Numbered from the whole stretch's first letter, positions 38,700-50,790 are shown. The stretch is DNA of 63,673 nucleotides, filler included, from Octopus bimaculoides (GCF_001194135.2; 5 parts of 5 records of this genome joined end to end with filler, not necessarily neighbours in it); one strand, 5' to 3'. Program-made: numbers and translations. Notes: generated by a model from the sequence alone, not told the origin.

Positions 38700-39795
38700 G
38701 TAAGCTAAATCAGACATCCCGGTGAATTTAAAGTCATCGTTCGATTTATTAAAATAGTTTGACAGTCACGTTGAAGCCTTTAGAATAGACAACAAAAAAT
38801 GATACATTTAACAAAATATATTCAAAGTGGAATTATTATGACATTCATATATATGACTTGCATTTTAGAATGAAGAGGACCGTCCTATATCGTTATCCAT
38901 AAAAAAAAAAAAAAAAATACATGATTGTGCTTATCTCCACCATTATTAGATTTTTGTCTTCAGCAGTCTTTTTACTATGTTACTGTGTCCTTACTTAGTT
39001 TATTTCCCCTGTATTTCATTCCCTCTTTCTTTCCTCTTTCCTTTTTTCCGACATTTTTTCCGACATTACTTTTTTCCATTCTCTGCTCTTTCCTTTTTTT
39101 GGTTTACGATGTGTCTTTTATTACCTAACACGTTTTTTTTCCCTTCCAGTTTCTTTCTCCGCAGTCTCTCTCTTACATTTTATCTCCATCTTTCTGTATA
39201 TGAGAGACAAAATTAAAGAAATAAAGGAATTTAAGAACGTGGTAGATAATGAAAGTCAAATAGAAAATCAGAGCTCAACACACACACACACACCGCAAAC
39301 ACATACAAGGAACATACACACACGCACACACACACACACATGCACACGCACGCACACGCACACAAGCTCACAGGCATAGACATAGATTCATTGATAATGT
39401 CGGATGTATATATATCGCATGATCTTATAACTGCAGCATTCATATATATATGCCTGTGTCTATACGTATATATGTTCATACATTTCTTTAACGATGCCTG
39501 TCGTCCCTTCTACGAGTTGTTTATGTCTGTTGATTTGATTGCTTGTTCCCTCTCTCTATTCATCTGTCTTTCGCAATCGATTGATATATTTGTTTATTCA
39601 TCACAAAGAGATTTCAACGAATATAACTTGGTTTTATGTAGTGGCGATATATTGTACAGCAAGAGTATGATACATCATCATCATTAAAACTGAAAGGAAA
39701 AACTCAGTATGGTACAGTATTTTTTCGTGAGATTATATGAAATAAATTTGTTTCACTGGTGATACGCTTAGTGAGGAGATTTTCCATATCATTAC

Positions 39796-39900
39796 CTGTT
39801 TGTTCACTGCCTCTAAGGGAGTCCACCCTGTTGCACTGCCATAGTCATTCAGACCAGGTCTATGAGCTGAGGTTTCTTTCACAGTTATAAGGATACTGCT
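39796..39900 (-). CDS. Candidate internal exon (SSILITVKETSAHRPGLNDYGSATGWTPLEAVNKQ)
   Basis: 105 nt open in phase 0; TGCAG acceptor and strong CAG|GTAATG donor; lies in unique sequence. Confidence 0.3.
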
Positions 39901-41394
39901 CTGCAATCTGCGACTCCAAAATGTAAATTGAATTATTGAAGTTAGATTTAAATGGAAGTTTATTGTGGTCATGGAAGCATTTCAGAGGGGACTTACATTT
40001 TAATTAAATACAAAGAACGCAGCGTCATATACGTTGAGCTATTGAGAGATTACTCTTGCGGTAATTTGACTTGAAAAAAATACTAGCATTTTAAAATAAC
40101 ACTAAGGGAAGATACAGTGGGCAATGCAAATGTTGAAGGACTATGTTTTGATAGGAGACGGTGTGGACTGAGTTAAAGTGCTTTTTTTTCTTCTTTTTTT
40201 TATTGTATACCTATGTAATCTGATATGGAATAAGTAACAACAGCAATAACATGATAAAAACTGAGTGTAATAAGGTTACTAGAGTATTGACGAATGTATG
40301 TCTGTCAACAGGCTTGGTGAATGGTAACAGTTTTTCTTTCAGTTTAGAGGTAAAGATTTGTAGTTCGAATGCAATCTAGTACAATTTACATCTTAAGAAC
40401 AATACGAGCAATAGGGTTCGAAGATCCAACAATCCTAACCGTATTGGAGAGGTAGATATTTAAAACAAAAAGAATATCTCTGTAACAAGAGTTTAACTGT
40501 CCAATAATTACAAATTTGTTAAAAAGTAACCCCAGAGTTTGAATATCTAATATTTGTTAAGTACTCAGAATATTATGTAAAACGTCGTGTCAGAGTTAAG
40601 GGTTTAAATATCGATTGTTGTTATACACGTGGATTTATATTCTCTTCCACTCCTCTACAAACCTTCGGCCAATGCCTTCTATCATAGCCTCTCAAGTTAA
40701 CGAAAGAAATGTGCGCAGATGGAAGCTCTGTTGCTCGGAGCAACACACCAACCTGACCTTTAAACCTAACGAGTAAATTTGGAAATATATCTCCAATTAT
40801 TTTAATGAGATGTTCGCTTGTGGTGGTTTAAAGGAACGCCTTTATCATATCAATTTCAAGTGCAAATATGTGGAGAATTGATTTAGCATATTGTTTGAGA
40901 AACCCCCCACTTTCATTTAAAGCAGCCGCGTCTTTACGCAGAATCTTCTATACACGTTCAAGAAGCATATAAAATACTGTTACATTATCTTATTCTGCAA
41001 CCCCTAAATTTGATTAAAATATTATATTTTCGAAAGTTGTTTGATTAACACGTAGTAACGATAATACAACTGGTTGCTGGCTGTAGTTATAATGCAAATT
41101 GCTACTATGTTAATAGCAATAATTACCCAGTAGGTGAAAATTATTAAATTAATGACTTAGGATGTAAATGTACGGTTAACACACGCATGACTAATAGGAC
41201 TTATATCAATTTAACAGTCAATATATTTAAGTCTAGATTTCATACATACTCATTTGTCTTAGAACTTAGATAGAACAAATACAACGGAAATTTAACCATA
41301 TACCTGGAGCTTTAGAGATCAGAAAATAAAAATCCAGTAAAGATTAAATTTTATAATAATAATAAATTACCTTGAGATTTCTGTACTATTTCAG

Positions 41395-41427
41395 GTTTGA
41401 ATAGGAATTATGAACTAATTTCCGCTT
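41395..41427 (+). CDS. Candidate 33-nt exon (xLNRNYELISA)
   Basis: TTTCTGTACTATTTCAG acceptor, T|GTGAGT donor, only one frame open (phase 1-1). Confidence 0.3.
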
Positions 41428-41865
41428 GTGAGTATAGGACTTTTAAAGTGTACTTTATACTAAAGTTGAAGTATTTATAGAAATGGATTAAATTTGCTTT
41501 TATATCTCTATACCATACTGATAGTCTATCATCTTTATAAAGGTGAATGTAAAGAAATGAGGTGGCTGTGGTGATGTCAGATTTTAAATCATTATATTAC
41601 GTCTAGAATTTTGTACATGGGATTATGCTGTTATAAATCAAATTTGTTCTGAAAGTTTGAATCACAAAAATGGCTCTGAAATAATTTTGCAACGTTTACA
41701 TATTTAAGATATTTCAGTTTCTGAAGAGCTATTTGAATAAGCAAAATCTCAGATGATTTTCTTCAACAATAAATCTATAAAATAATCACTCATATATTAC
41801 TGATATTTTTGAACATTTGTTTTCTTGAACTTTGGTTCAAGACATTTCCGATAGGTATATGTACA

Positions 41866-41925
<60 letters not shown>

Positions 41926-42061
41926 NNNNNNNNNNNNNNNNNNNNNNNNNNNNNNNNNNNNNNNNNNNNNNNNNNNNNNNNNNNNNNNNNNNNNNNNNNN
42001 NNNNNNNNNNNNNNNNNNNNNNNNNNNNNNNNNNNNNTTATATATATATATATGTATATAC

Positions 42062-42092
<31 letters not shown>

Positions 42093-42880
42093 TGTATACT
42101 TGTATACTTATATTTAGGTGTGCGTATGTATTTTCTTTACGTATAGATACTGAATCAGAAGTCTTTTTAGTATTCAAATGATTTAAAATTCAATTTCTTA
42201 AGTTTGTTACAATTTTATTTGTATATATTTCAAATATAATCTTTGATATTTTGAAGAATATCTTTAACGTATGTATCTACTTTCTGCTATATACATTTTA
42301 AAATAAAACATCATTATGAAGAGAAGAAAATACTCGCTCTCACAAAATTGGCACAATATAATATAAATCTTGTTCATTTGATCTTGTTTATCTTGTTGAA
42401 ACGCCTGGAGTGAATCGGGTGTCCCTGGGAGTGTGATCGGTAGATATCCTGTAATCTTTGAGCCATCGTAGTTAAATAGGAGATTAGACCCGGTGGTCAA
42501 TGAGTACAGTGGGGTGGTAGGTTTGTGCTGCACATGGGAGATTTGATAGAAGAATTAAAAGAAAGATACAGAGGGTACTGAAGCTCAACTGTTCTCAGGT
42601 TTTAGATGCTTACTGCTAAAGGACATTTGAAATACTCTGGCAATATTAACGAGTGCTTGAAGGGTTATTTATGATGGAGAAGAGAAATATTACTCAAATA
42701 ATCTCAATACTACACAATCAAAACACTAAAACGTTAAAAGGAAGATCAGGACCACGAACGCCCATTGACTAGGGAAGTAAAATGTGGGTCATGGAAATAT
42801 AAAGCAGTAAAATATATATAAATAAGAAATATATATATATAAATAAGATATATATATATATATATAATTTATATTATTAT

Positions 42881-43484
42881 ATGATTGAACGCCGTGCATC
42901 TTCTTCCAAGTAAGTTTTATCTTAATAATTCTGATGCGTACTCTATACGATATTTTTACCTTTTCGTTTTTTCTCTCTCTTGTACTTGTACCTCCTCTGC
43001 TGTATCCATTCTATCCTATTACACTGTCACTCTCTCCTCCTCACTCCTCCTCTCTTGTTCACGTGGCTCCCACGTGACCATCGGTCATTTTTCTTTCTTT
43101 CAGTTGTAGCTGGAACAAGGAAGACATGTTATTGTTTGTTTCCTGTCCTAGCTTGATTTACGTGTTGGTCACCACAATCTACTTTAGGCTTAGCAGCCCT
43201 TTCTGATTGTTTCACTGTCCTGCGTGTGTATTACCTATTTTGACTCACCAGAAAATCCCAAATCTTATTTAATTTGCTTTACGGGAGCAACTGTTTTATC
43301 GAAAGCGTATATTGCTGTTAAATTCTCAAAATACGAGACGAGAGAAACAACCAACAACTGATGAAGGGTCATTCTTTATGGTGATTATTTTGTTTTCCAT
43401 TGTCTTTCTTTGCTCGAAATAATACTTCATGTTCCATGTACTCGTGCTTCGTACTTTTTGTTGTATACGTTTCATGACGTATAT
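42881..43484 (+). mobile_element. Near-complete but decayed copy of the permuted-hammerhead element
   Basis: Aligns with 60436-61002 (ATGA(T/C)GAACGCC..CATC(C/T)T(T/C)TTCCAAGTAAGTTTTATCTTAATAATT; TATTTAATTT.CTTT.CGGGA; CAACTGA(T/C)GAAGGG). Confidence 0.75.
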
Positions 43485-43584
43485 NNNNNNNNNNNNNNNN
43501 NNNNNNNNNNNNNNNNNNNNNNNNNNNNTTAATTAATTAANNNNNNNNNNNNNNNNNNNNNNNNNNNNNNNNNNNNNNNNNNNN
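43485..43584. other. Artificial scaffold join
   Basis: N44-TTAATTAATTAA-N44. Confidence 0.9.
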
Positions 43585-43820
43585 AGACACATACACTCAT
43601 ACACTCATACACTCATACACGCATACACTCATAGACACATACACTCATACACTCATACACTCATACACGCATACACTCATAGACACATACACTCATAGAC
43701 ACATACACTCATAGACACATACACTCATAGACACATACACTCATAGACACATACACTCATACACGCATACACTCATAGACACATACACTCATAGACACAT
43801 ACACTCATAGACACATACAC
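43585..43820. repeat. 8/16-bp minisatellite (AGACACATACACTCAT and variants)
   Basis: Direct reading of the periodic sequence. Confidence 0.9.
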
Positions 43821-44790
43821 ACACACATTCCCAAATATGCAGATGAAAAGGGAGAGCTTGAGATAGAGTAGGAGAAGCTGCAGAACTCCGGTGAGAGAGA
43901 GAACTCCGGTGACAAATAAACAGACAGCCCACCTACCGGCCAGCCAGCCAGCCAGCCAACCAAACATTCAAACAAACCGACAGACAGACAGGCAAGCAGA
44001 CACGCAGGCAGACAGACTGACAGACAGATTGATGAAGAACAGTAACTGGTCGGTAATGATTCCTCTTAATATCACTGTGTAATGTTCTCTTTTATGACCG
44101 TAGACGGTTTATTGTGTGCCCGCTGTTTTTATCGCCCTCTATCGGCGGCGGTCATGACTAGGGGGGGGGGGATTAAGTGGATAGAGTAGGGATAGGCATG
44201 GAAGGGAGGTGAAGGGAGAGGCGAGAAGGCAAGTGTCGGTGGCGTGACGGTTGTGGTGGTGAGCGGGTTTGTTCTAGGGATATGGCTAAAATGTTAATGG
44301 GGTGATTGTAGAAATTAGCTTAAATCGTTGATAGCTGTGGCAGCCATATTAAAAAAAAACAGCAGCCATGTTGTCTCCACTATAGGATGATCGTAAACTG
44401 CTCAGAGAAGCTAAGCCTTGGGCTATATAACAAAAATAACGCCAAGGACACGAAGGAGGTTATATTCAGTCACCGGTCACCTAGAAGTAGCAGCCAAATC
44501 TCTTTCGGATCGCTTCCTATTCTATTTAAAGAAGGGTGCATTGTAGAATATGGCTTTATAATCTATATGTGCAGAAACAAGACGGAATAGTCATGGATGG
44601 AAAGTCTTTGATCATAGAATGATGTGACGGAGTTGACTTGGTACTAAATAATTAACAAACAGCAGCAACAACAACAACAGTAGTAGTTGTAATGGAAGTG
44701 GTGGTTGTAGGAGGAGTTACTACAGAGAAAGTGGCAGCGAAGATTAATAAAAAAAAAACGCTGATTCTAGTCCTATAAATGATAACAATT

Positions 44791-44832
<42 letters not shown>

Positions 44833-44849
44833 GGTTTCCACTGAATTAG

Positions 44850-44940
44850 GGATCTCCATCAGGTACTTTAGTCGACTTATGAATCGCTTAGGTTTAAGAA
44901 AAGATAGAGAGAAATGGGAAATACATCCCACTCATATGAA
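44850..44940 (+). CDS. Candidate exon resembling the entry to a tyrosine-kinase domain (ISIRYFSRLMNRLGLRKDREKWEIHPTHM)
   Basis: Perfect AA|GTAAGT donor at 44941 with an in-frame stop if unspliced. GL.KD..KWEI.P resembles the W-E-I motif preceding the glycine loop of Src/RTK kinases. The acceptor is ambiguous (44849 or 44862) and no downstream kinase exon was found. Confidence 0.4.
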
Positions 44941-46059
44941 GTAAGTGTATACCTTCTTTTTCTTACGCCTGTAGATACCAACGATCGTATCAGGTTGAAA
45001 ATATAAGTCAGCCTGTGTTCTGGCGGAAGAGAAAAGACAACTTAACTAATTCAGAATTTAAAGATAAAACCGCTATAAATATGACCATAAAAATCTGTGA
45101 GACGTTCTTAAAATGTAAAGAAATGAATGAGTGTGGTTGACGGATCGAGAAGAACAATATAATCGCCTCCGCTGTTTTTATTTTGTTTTATTTCACTTTT
45201 ATTCTATGTTATCTCATGTGTAACCTTTACCATGGAGAAGGGGCCATGTTTGAATGAACAGTAAATGATACTATCAGGAAGAGAACACGCGTACATGTAT
45301 ACGTTTATATATACGCGCGCGTGTGTGTGTATATGTGTGTGTGTTTGTTTGTATGTCTGTATGTATGTATGAATGCATGTAAGTGCATGTTTGGATGTGT
45401 GTATGTATGTATGCGTGTATGCATGTATTTAATAAGTTTGCATGCATGTATGTATTTATGTATGTATGTATGTAAGTACATATGTATGTATGTGTATGTA
45501 TGTATTATGTAAGTATGCATGTATGTACATAGGTACATATGTATGTACATGTGTATGATAAATTAAGTACCAGGTGCATACTGGGGTCGATCCAATCGAC
45601 TGGCCCCCTCCCCTAACTGCTAAGCCTCACCCCTAACTACGAAATGCCGCTAAGCATTTCGTCCAACGTGCTAATGATTCTGCCAGTTCACCGCCTTTTT
45701 TGATGCTTTAATAATGATGACTGTTCGCACGTATATCATCAGAATGTTTAAAGTTTCATAATGTTCTTCATATACCATTTAACGGAGCCTTTCTCGAGTA
45801 ATTTCTCGCTGTTTCGCTGGAAAGATTCCTTTTGTACATAAGTAGGAAGGATTAAATGGTCTTTCTTTCAAGTGTACAGTTTCGTATCTAACTCCCAATC
45901 ATTTCTAATATATTAAAGAGATCGTCTTATTCATGTCTATGTTTGGTAAAGGTTTGATCATCAGAGAACATCATGTTAAGTCTACAACTAAACTTACTGA
46001 TGTACTAGTGCCTGACTTTTCGTTGTTCTAAGCATTGTCACTGTTACTGCCACTACTGT

Positions 46060-46470
46060 AAGCTGGTGGAATCGTTAGCACAACGGATAAAATAGTTCCG
46101 AGTTCAAATCTCACCAAGGACGATTTTACCTTTTATCTTTTCGGAGTGGATAAAGTGAGAAGCAGTCAAGCATCGGGATCATAATTTATTTAATCTGTCC
46201 CCCAACACCCAAAGATTCAGAAAATTGCTAAAATTGCTAGCATTGGTTGTCAAGCGATGGGGGGAGGACAAACGCAGACACAAAGACGCATACACACACA
46301 TATATATATGAATATATAGCAGGCTACTTTCAGTTTCCGTCTACTAAATCCGCTCACAAGCATTTGGTCGGCCGGAGGCTATAGCAGAAGACACTTGCCT
46401 AAAGTACCACGCAGTGGGACTGAACCCACAACCACGTGGTTGGGAAATAAGCATCTTACCACCACAGCAA
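46060..46470. repeat. Diverged SINE A (+, 46060-46220) adjacent to SINE B (-, 46240-46470)
   Basis: Motif matches to both families. Confidence 0.7.
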
Positions 46471-47631
46471 TGACAAGAACAAAAAAAAAACAATTATTCA
46501 ATTACAATCTATGTTAGATGGATTCGAACTCATAACACAGACTAAGGAAAGGAACGGAAAACAACAGCAAAAAAAGCACACACACACACACACACACACA
46601 CCAACCTATCCGTTGTCCAACTCATCCGCCTCCGCACAAAGCCAGGATTAAGTAAGATAACTGCAGAAACATGAATACCTGATAATATTAGTCGAAGCAA
46701 CGATGTATGCAAGTAGGGAAGAATAGTGAGAGGAGAGAGGTAGAGGCCGAAGCTGTATGCAACGCATTAGTCTATTATAGGAAGGTGTATGTGTCTATTT
46801 TGGCTAATATAGTTGAGGCCATAAAATATATACACGTGACAAGGATTGAGATTGAATAAGGAATGGTAGTAATGCTTTTTCGTTATGTATCTCTGTTAAT
46901 ATGCTAATGCTGTGAAAAGAGTAATATATTTACGCGTCAGCGCGTGGTTGAAAGTGTGTGTATGAGTATATATGTGCGTGTGTGTGTGCATGTATGTGCG
47001 AGTGTGTGTGTGAATGCGTGTATGAAGTACATATATATATATATACATACGCACCCATATTCCCACATATATATAAACATACGCACCCATATACCCACAT
47101 ATATATATACATACGCACCACACGTATATTTATACATATGTAAATACGAATCAATATAGATGTATATGTGTGTGTGCGTGTGTAAAAATGTATATGTATG
47201 TATACATATATGTGTGCATGTACATATATATATGTGTGTTTATGTATATATATCTATATATATATATATATATATATATNNNNNNNNNNNNNNNNNNNNN
47301 NNNNNNNNNNNNNNNNNNNNNNNNNNNNNNNNNNNNNNNNNNNNNNNNNNNNNNNNNNNNNNNNNNNNNNNNNNNNNNNNNNNNNNNNNNNNNNNNNNNN
47401 NNNNNNNNNNNNNNNNNNNNNNNNNNNNNNNNNNNNNNNNNNNNNNNNNNNNNNNNNNNNNNNNNNNNNNNNNNNNNNNNNNNNNNNNNNNNNNNNNNNN
47501 NNNNNNNNNNNNNNNNNNNNNNNNNNNNNNNNNNNNNNNNNNNNNNNNNNNNNNNNNNNNNNNNNNNNNNNNNNNNNNNNNNNNNNNNNNNNNNNNNNNN
47601 NNNNNNNNNNNNNNNNNNNNNNNNNNNNNNN

Positions 47632-47666
<35 letters not shown>

Positions 47667-47882
47667 CGTGTGAGTGTAAATGTGAGTATTCGTATATAAA
47701 TATATATATTACGTATAGTATATATACATATATGTGTTTGTGTGTGTGTGTATGTATATAAAAATGGCACTTGCATGTATATATAACAACTTAGTATGTG
47801 AAAATGTATATATACATATGTGTGTGTGTGTGTATGTGTATTTATGTATATATGCATATATATGTGCATAAATATATCTATC

Positions 47883-47936
<54 letters not shown>

Positions 47937-48539
47937 TGCAAGCATAGAACGGAATACATACGTGTAAGCGTATCTACAAATGTATTTCTTGTATGTCAGA
48001 ATCCCTGTGTGTTTGCGCATGCGTGTGGGCAAGCACGTGTATCACATTTTAATTTGGTTCTGTGTTTCATGTACGCGGTTTGTCTTTTTGAAGCCCGAAA
48101 ACCACATAACGTAACATTACAGGAATATTTTTATTAATATCCATCGGCGGCAAAGATTACGCCATTTACTGCCGCAGAAATAACATCGCCACGCCACCTC
48201 TACCACCACCACCATCACCATCATCACCACCACCACCACCATCACCATCCTATACCGACCAATAAGCCAGCCATGCAGCCAGCCAGCCAGCCAGGCAACA
48301 AACCCACCAGCTTGATAACCAACCAACCAACTAACCAACCAGCCAATCAACAACTGCTAACCGTTACTAACAACCACCAGGGGTCGTGCATTAACTACCG
48401 TCATCCGGTTATGTTTCTCTCATTTTAACTACTCGAAGTGACAATTAATGTGTATGTTAATATGCATACATACACGCATATATACATACATATATAAATA
48501 TACACTCATACATACATATATACATACATACCTACACAC

Positions 48540-48584
<45 letters not shown>

Positions 48585-48627
48585 CACAATCATACATACA
48601 TATATACATACATACATGCATGTATGC

Positions 48628-48666
<39 letters not shown>

Positions 48667-49253
48667 NNNNNNNNNNNNNNNNNNNNNNNNNNNNNNNNNN
48701 NNNNNNNNNNNNNNNNNNNNNNNNNNNNNNNNNNNNNNNNNNNNNNNNNNNNNNNNNNNNNNNNNNNNNNNNNNNNNNNNNNNNNNNNNNNNNNNNNNNN
48801 NNNNNNNNNNNNNNNNNNNNNNNNNNNNNNNNNNNNNNNNNNNNNNNNNNNNNNNNNNNNNNNNNNNNNNNNNNNNNNNNNNNNNNNNNNNNNNNNNNNN
48901 NNNNNNNNNNNNNNNNNNNNNNNNNNNNNNNNNNNNNNNNNNNNNNNNNNNNNNNNNNNNNNNNNNNNNNNNNNNNNNNNNNNNNNNNNNNNNNNNNNNN
49001 NNNNNNNNNNNNNNNNNNNNNNNNNNNNNNNNNNNNNNNNNNNNNNNNNNNNNNNNNNNNNNNNNNNNNNNNNNNNNNNNNNNNNNNNNNNNNNNNNNNN
49101 NNNNNNNNNNNNNNNNNNNNNNNNNNNNNNNNNNNNNNNNNNNNNNNNNNNNNNNNNNNNNNNNNNNNNNNNNNNNNNNNNNNNNNNNNNNNNNNNNNNN
49201 NNNNNNNNNNNNNNNNNNNNNNNNNGTTGGTTGATCCACTACTCAGGAAGAGA

Positions 49254-49327
49254 CTATTCTAGAGTACGTCCTGTCTGGTCTTCGAAACGTCTAGATAGAA
49301 TAGAGACAGCTGATGAAGGGATATTCC
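49254..49327 (+). ncRNA. Candidate non-circularly permuted hammerhead ribozyme (best copy)
   Basis: ACGUC cleavage after 49270; stem I CTGTCT(49271-76)/AGACAG(49304-09); GAAA 49284-87; stem III ACGT/ACGT plus an 8-bp extension CTATTCTA/TAGAATAG; CUGAUGA 49310-16; short stem II (A)GGG/TTC. Confidence 0.7.
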
Positions 49328-49470
49328 AAGGGGCTTTCCGTTTTCCTATGTGTTCGTTCCGTTGTCTGTAGTTTATTGTTCTAACGTCCTGTACCTTGAT
49401 ATGCATGTATATACACATGTAGATGTAAGTATGTACATATATGTGTGTATACATGTATATATATTCTTTG

Positions 49471-49511
<41 letters not shown>

Positions 49512-49583
49512 TGTCTGTGTCTGTGTCTGTGTGTGTGTGTGTGTATGCATGTATGCATGTATGTTTACAAGTATATAAAGAAC

Positions 49584-49630
<47 letters not shown>

Positions 49631-49678
49631 GCATACAGACAGGCAGACAAACAGATAGAGAGAGATACATTGATTGAG

Positions 49679-49715
<37 letters not shown>

Positions 49716-50045
49716 TTTAACATAAATGTGTAGATACACATATACACTACATCTATACATGTGCCCTAGCGCGTGTGCGTGTGGGGGGTTTCTTCTGCTG
49801 ATGTTGGCATTACTCAGCGACATTTTTGGTCCCTTTTTCTGGAGTTGCCTTCAATAACATATTGTTTGTTTTTATTTCTTTACAAATTAGATTAAAGTAA
49901 CTTTCCACTTTTTCACTCCATTGTGCATCAACAATGATTCGATCGTGGAACCAAACAGTGAAATAGATTTGGAAGTCTTATCGACTACTTTGGTCAGATC
50001 TGGATGGACCTATTCTTTTAATGAAGGATCAGAATTTAAACGAAC

Positions 50046-50147
50046 CTGTCTTTTGGCTCGGACAGCACCAACATCAAATATGAGACCCAGGTTAGCTGTA
50101 GGATATTCTAAAGCTTTCTGAAATTCCTTCAGATGTGAACCAGCATA
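50046..50147 (-). CDS. Candidate internal exon (YAGSHLKEFQKALEYPTANLGLIFDVGAVRAKRQ)
   Basis: 102 nt, phase 0-0; pyrimidine-containing TTCAG acceptor, CAG|GTTCGT donor; protein-like composition; family not recognised. Confidence 0.35.
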
Positions 50148-50235
50148 CTGAATTCCAGTCAAAGCAACAAATAATGGTAGAATATCATATATATATATAA
50201 TATTATTATCGAGCTCCAAAATAGAGAAGTCTAAA

Positions 50236-50568
50236 GGATACAAATTAATTTATTAATTAATTAACATATTCACCTACAGTTGTTTCGTTTCACACAGAAA
50301 GTTTTAAGATTACAAAAAATATATAAATATATATAACTTTAACGCATGAGTGCACACACACATAGATTTGACTACACATTCTGAGCTTGCCAATGGATCA
50401 GAATGTAATCCTTGTATTGTCCTCCGTACACCCTGATGAGTTTCCATCAAAGGTATTTTAAGATGCAAAAAATATATATTTATGCATGTTTTGTAGTTTT
50501 AATTTTGGTTGTGAAATGAAACAATTGTAGGTGAATATGTTAATTAATTAGTAAATTTATTTGTATCC
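50236..50568. mobile_element. Inverted-arm element (59-bp arms) carrying a hammerhead 3' half in both arms
   Basis: 50236-50294 is the near reverse complement of 50510-50568; both arms contain GAAA(C/T)GAAACAA(C/T)TGTAGGTG. Confidence 0.75.
50426..50536 (+). ncRNA. Type I minimal hammerhead with long loop II
   Basis: Stem I CACC/GGTG; CUGAUGA 50433-39; stem II GTTTC/GAAAT; GAAA 50518-21; palindrome ACAATTGT; GUA cleavage after 50529. Confidence 0.65.
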
Positions 50569-50664
50569 ATTAGATCTCTCTGACTTCTAACACGATAACA
50601 ATATTTGATATTTTACGATATTTTATATAATCTATTCACTGAAGAAATATCTCTTCAAAATATA

Positions 50665-50790
50665 CAGGGTGTCCACAAATCTGGGTACATGCGGATTAAC
50701 ACATACTTTAAGAAATCATTATTTCTTATATTTAATTGTTTATGTTATGATTTTATTTACTCCATGTACCCAGACTTTGTGGACACTCTG
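50665..50790. mobile_element. Tc1/mariner-type MITE (126 bp)
   Basis: TIRs CAGGGTGTCCACAAATCTGGGTACATG / CATGTACCCAGACTTTGTGGACACTCTG with TA on both sides. Confidence 0.85.

Noticed and set aside
41715-41756. CTGAAGA-GCT...AGC-AAAAT-CTC hammerhead-like relic
   Set aside because: G12 and the cleavage triplet are lost and stem I is weak; could be chance.
45725-45770. Minus-strand GAAAC...CTGATGA order resembling the permuted family
   Set aside because: No complementary cleavage strand and no similarity to the element.
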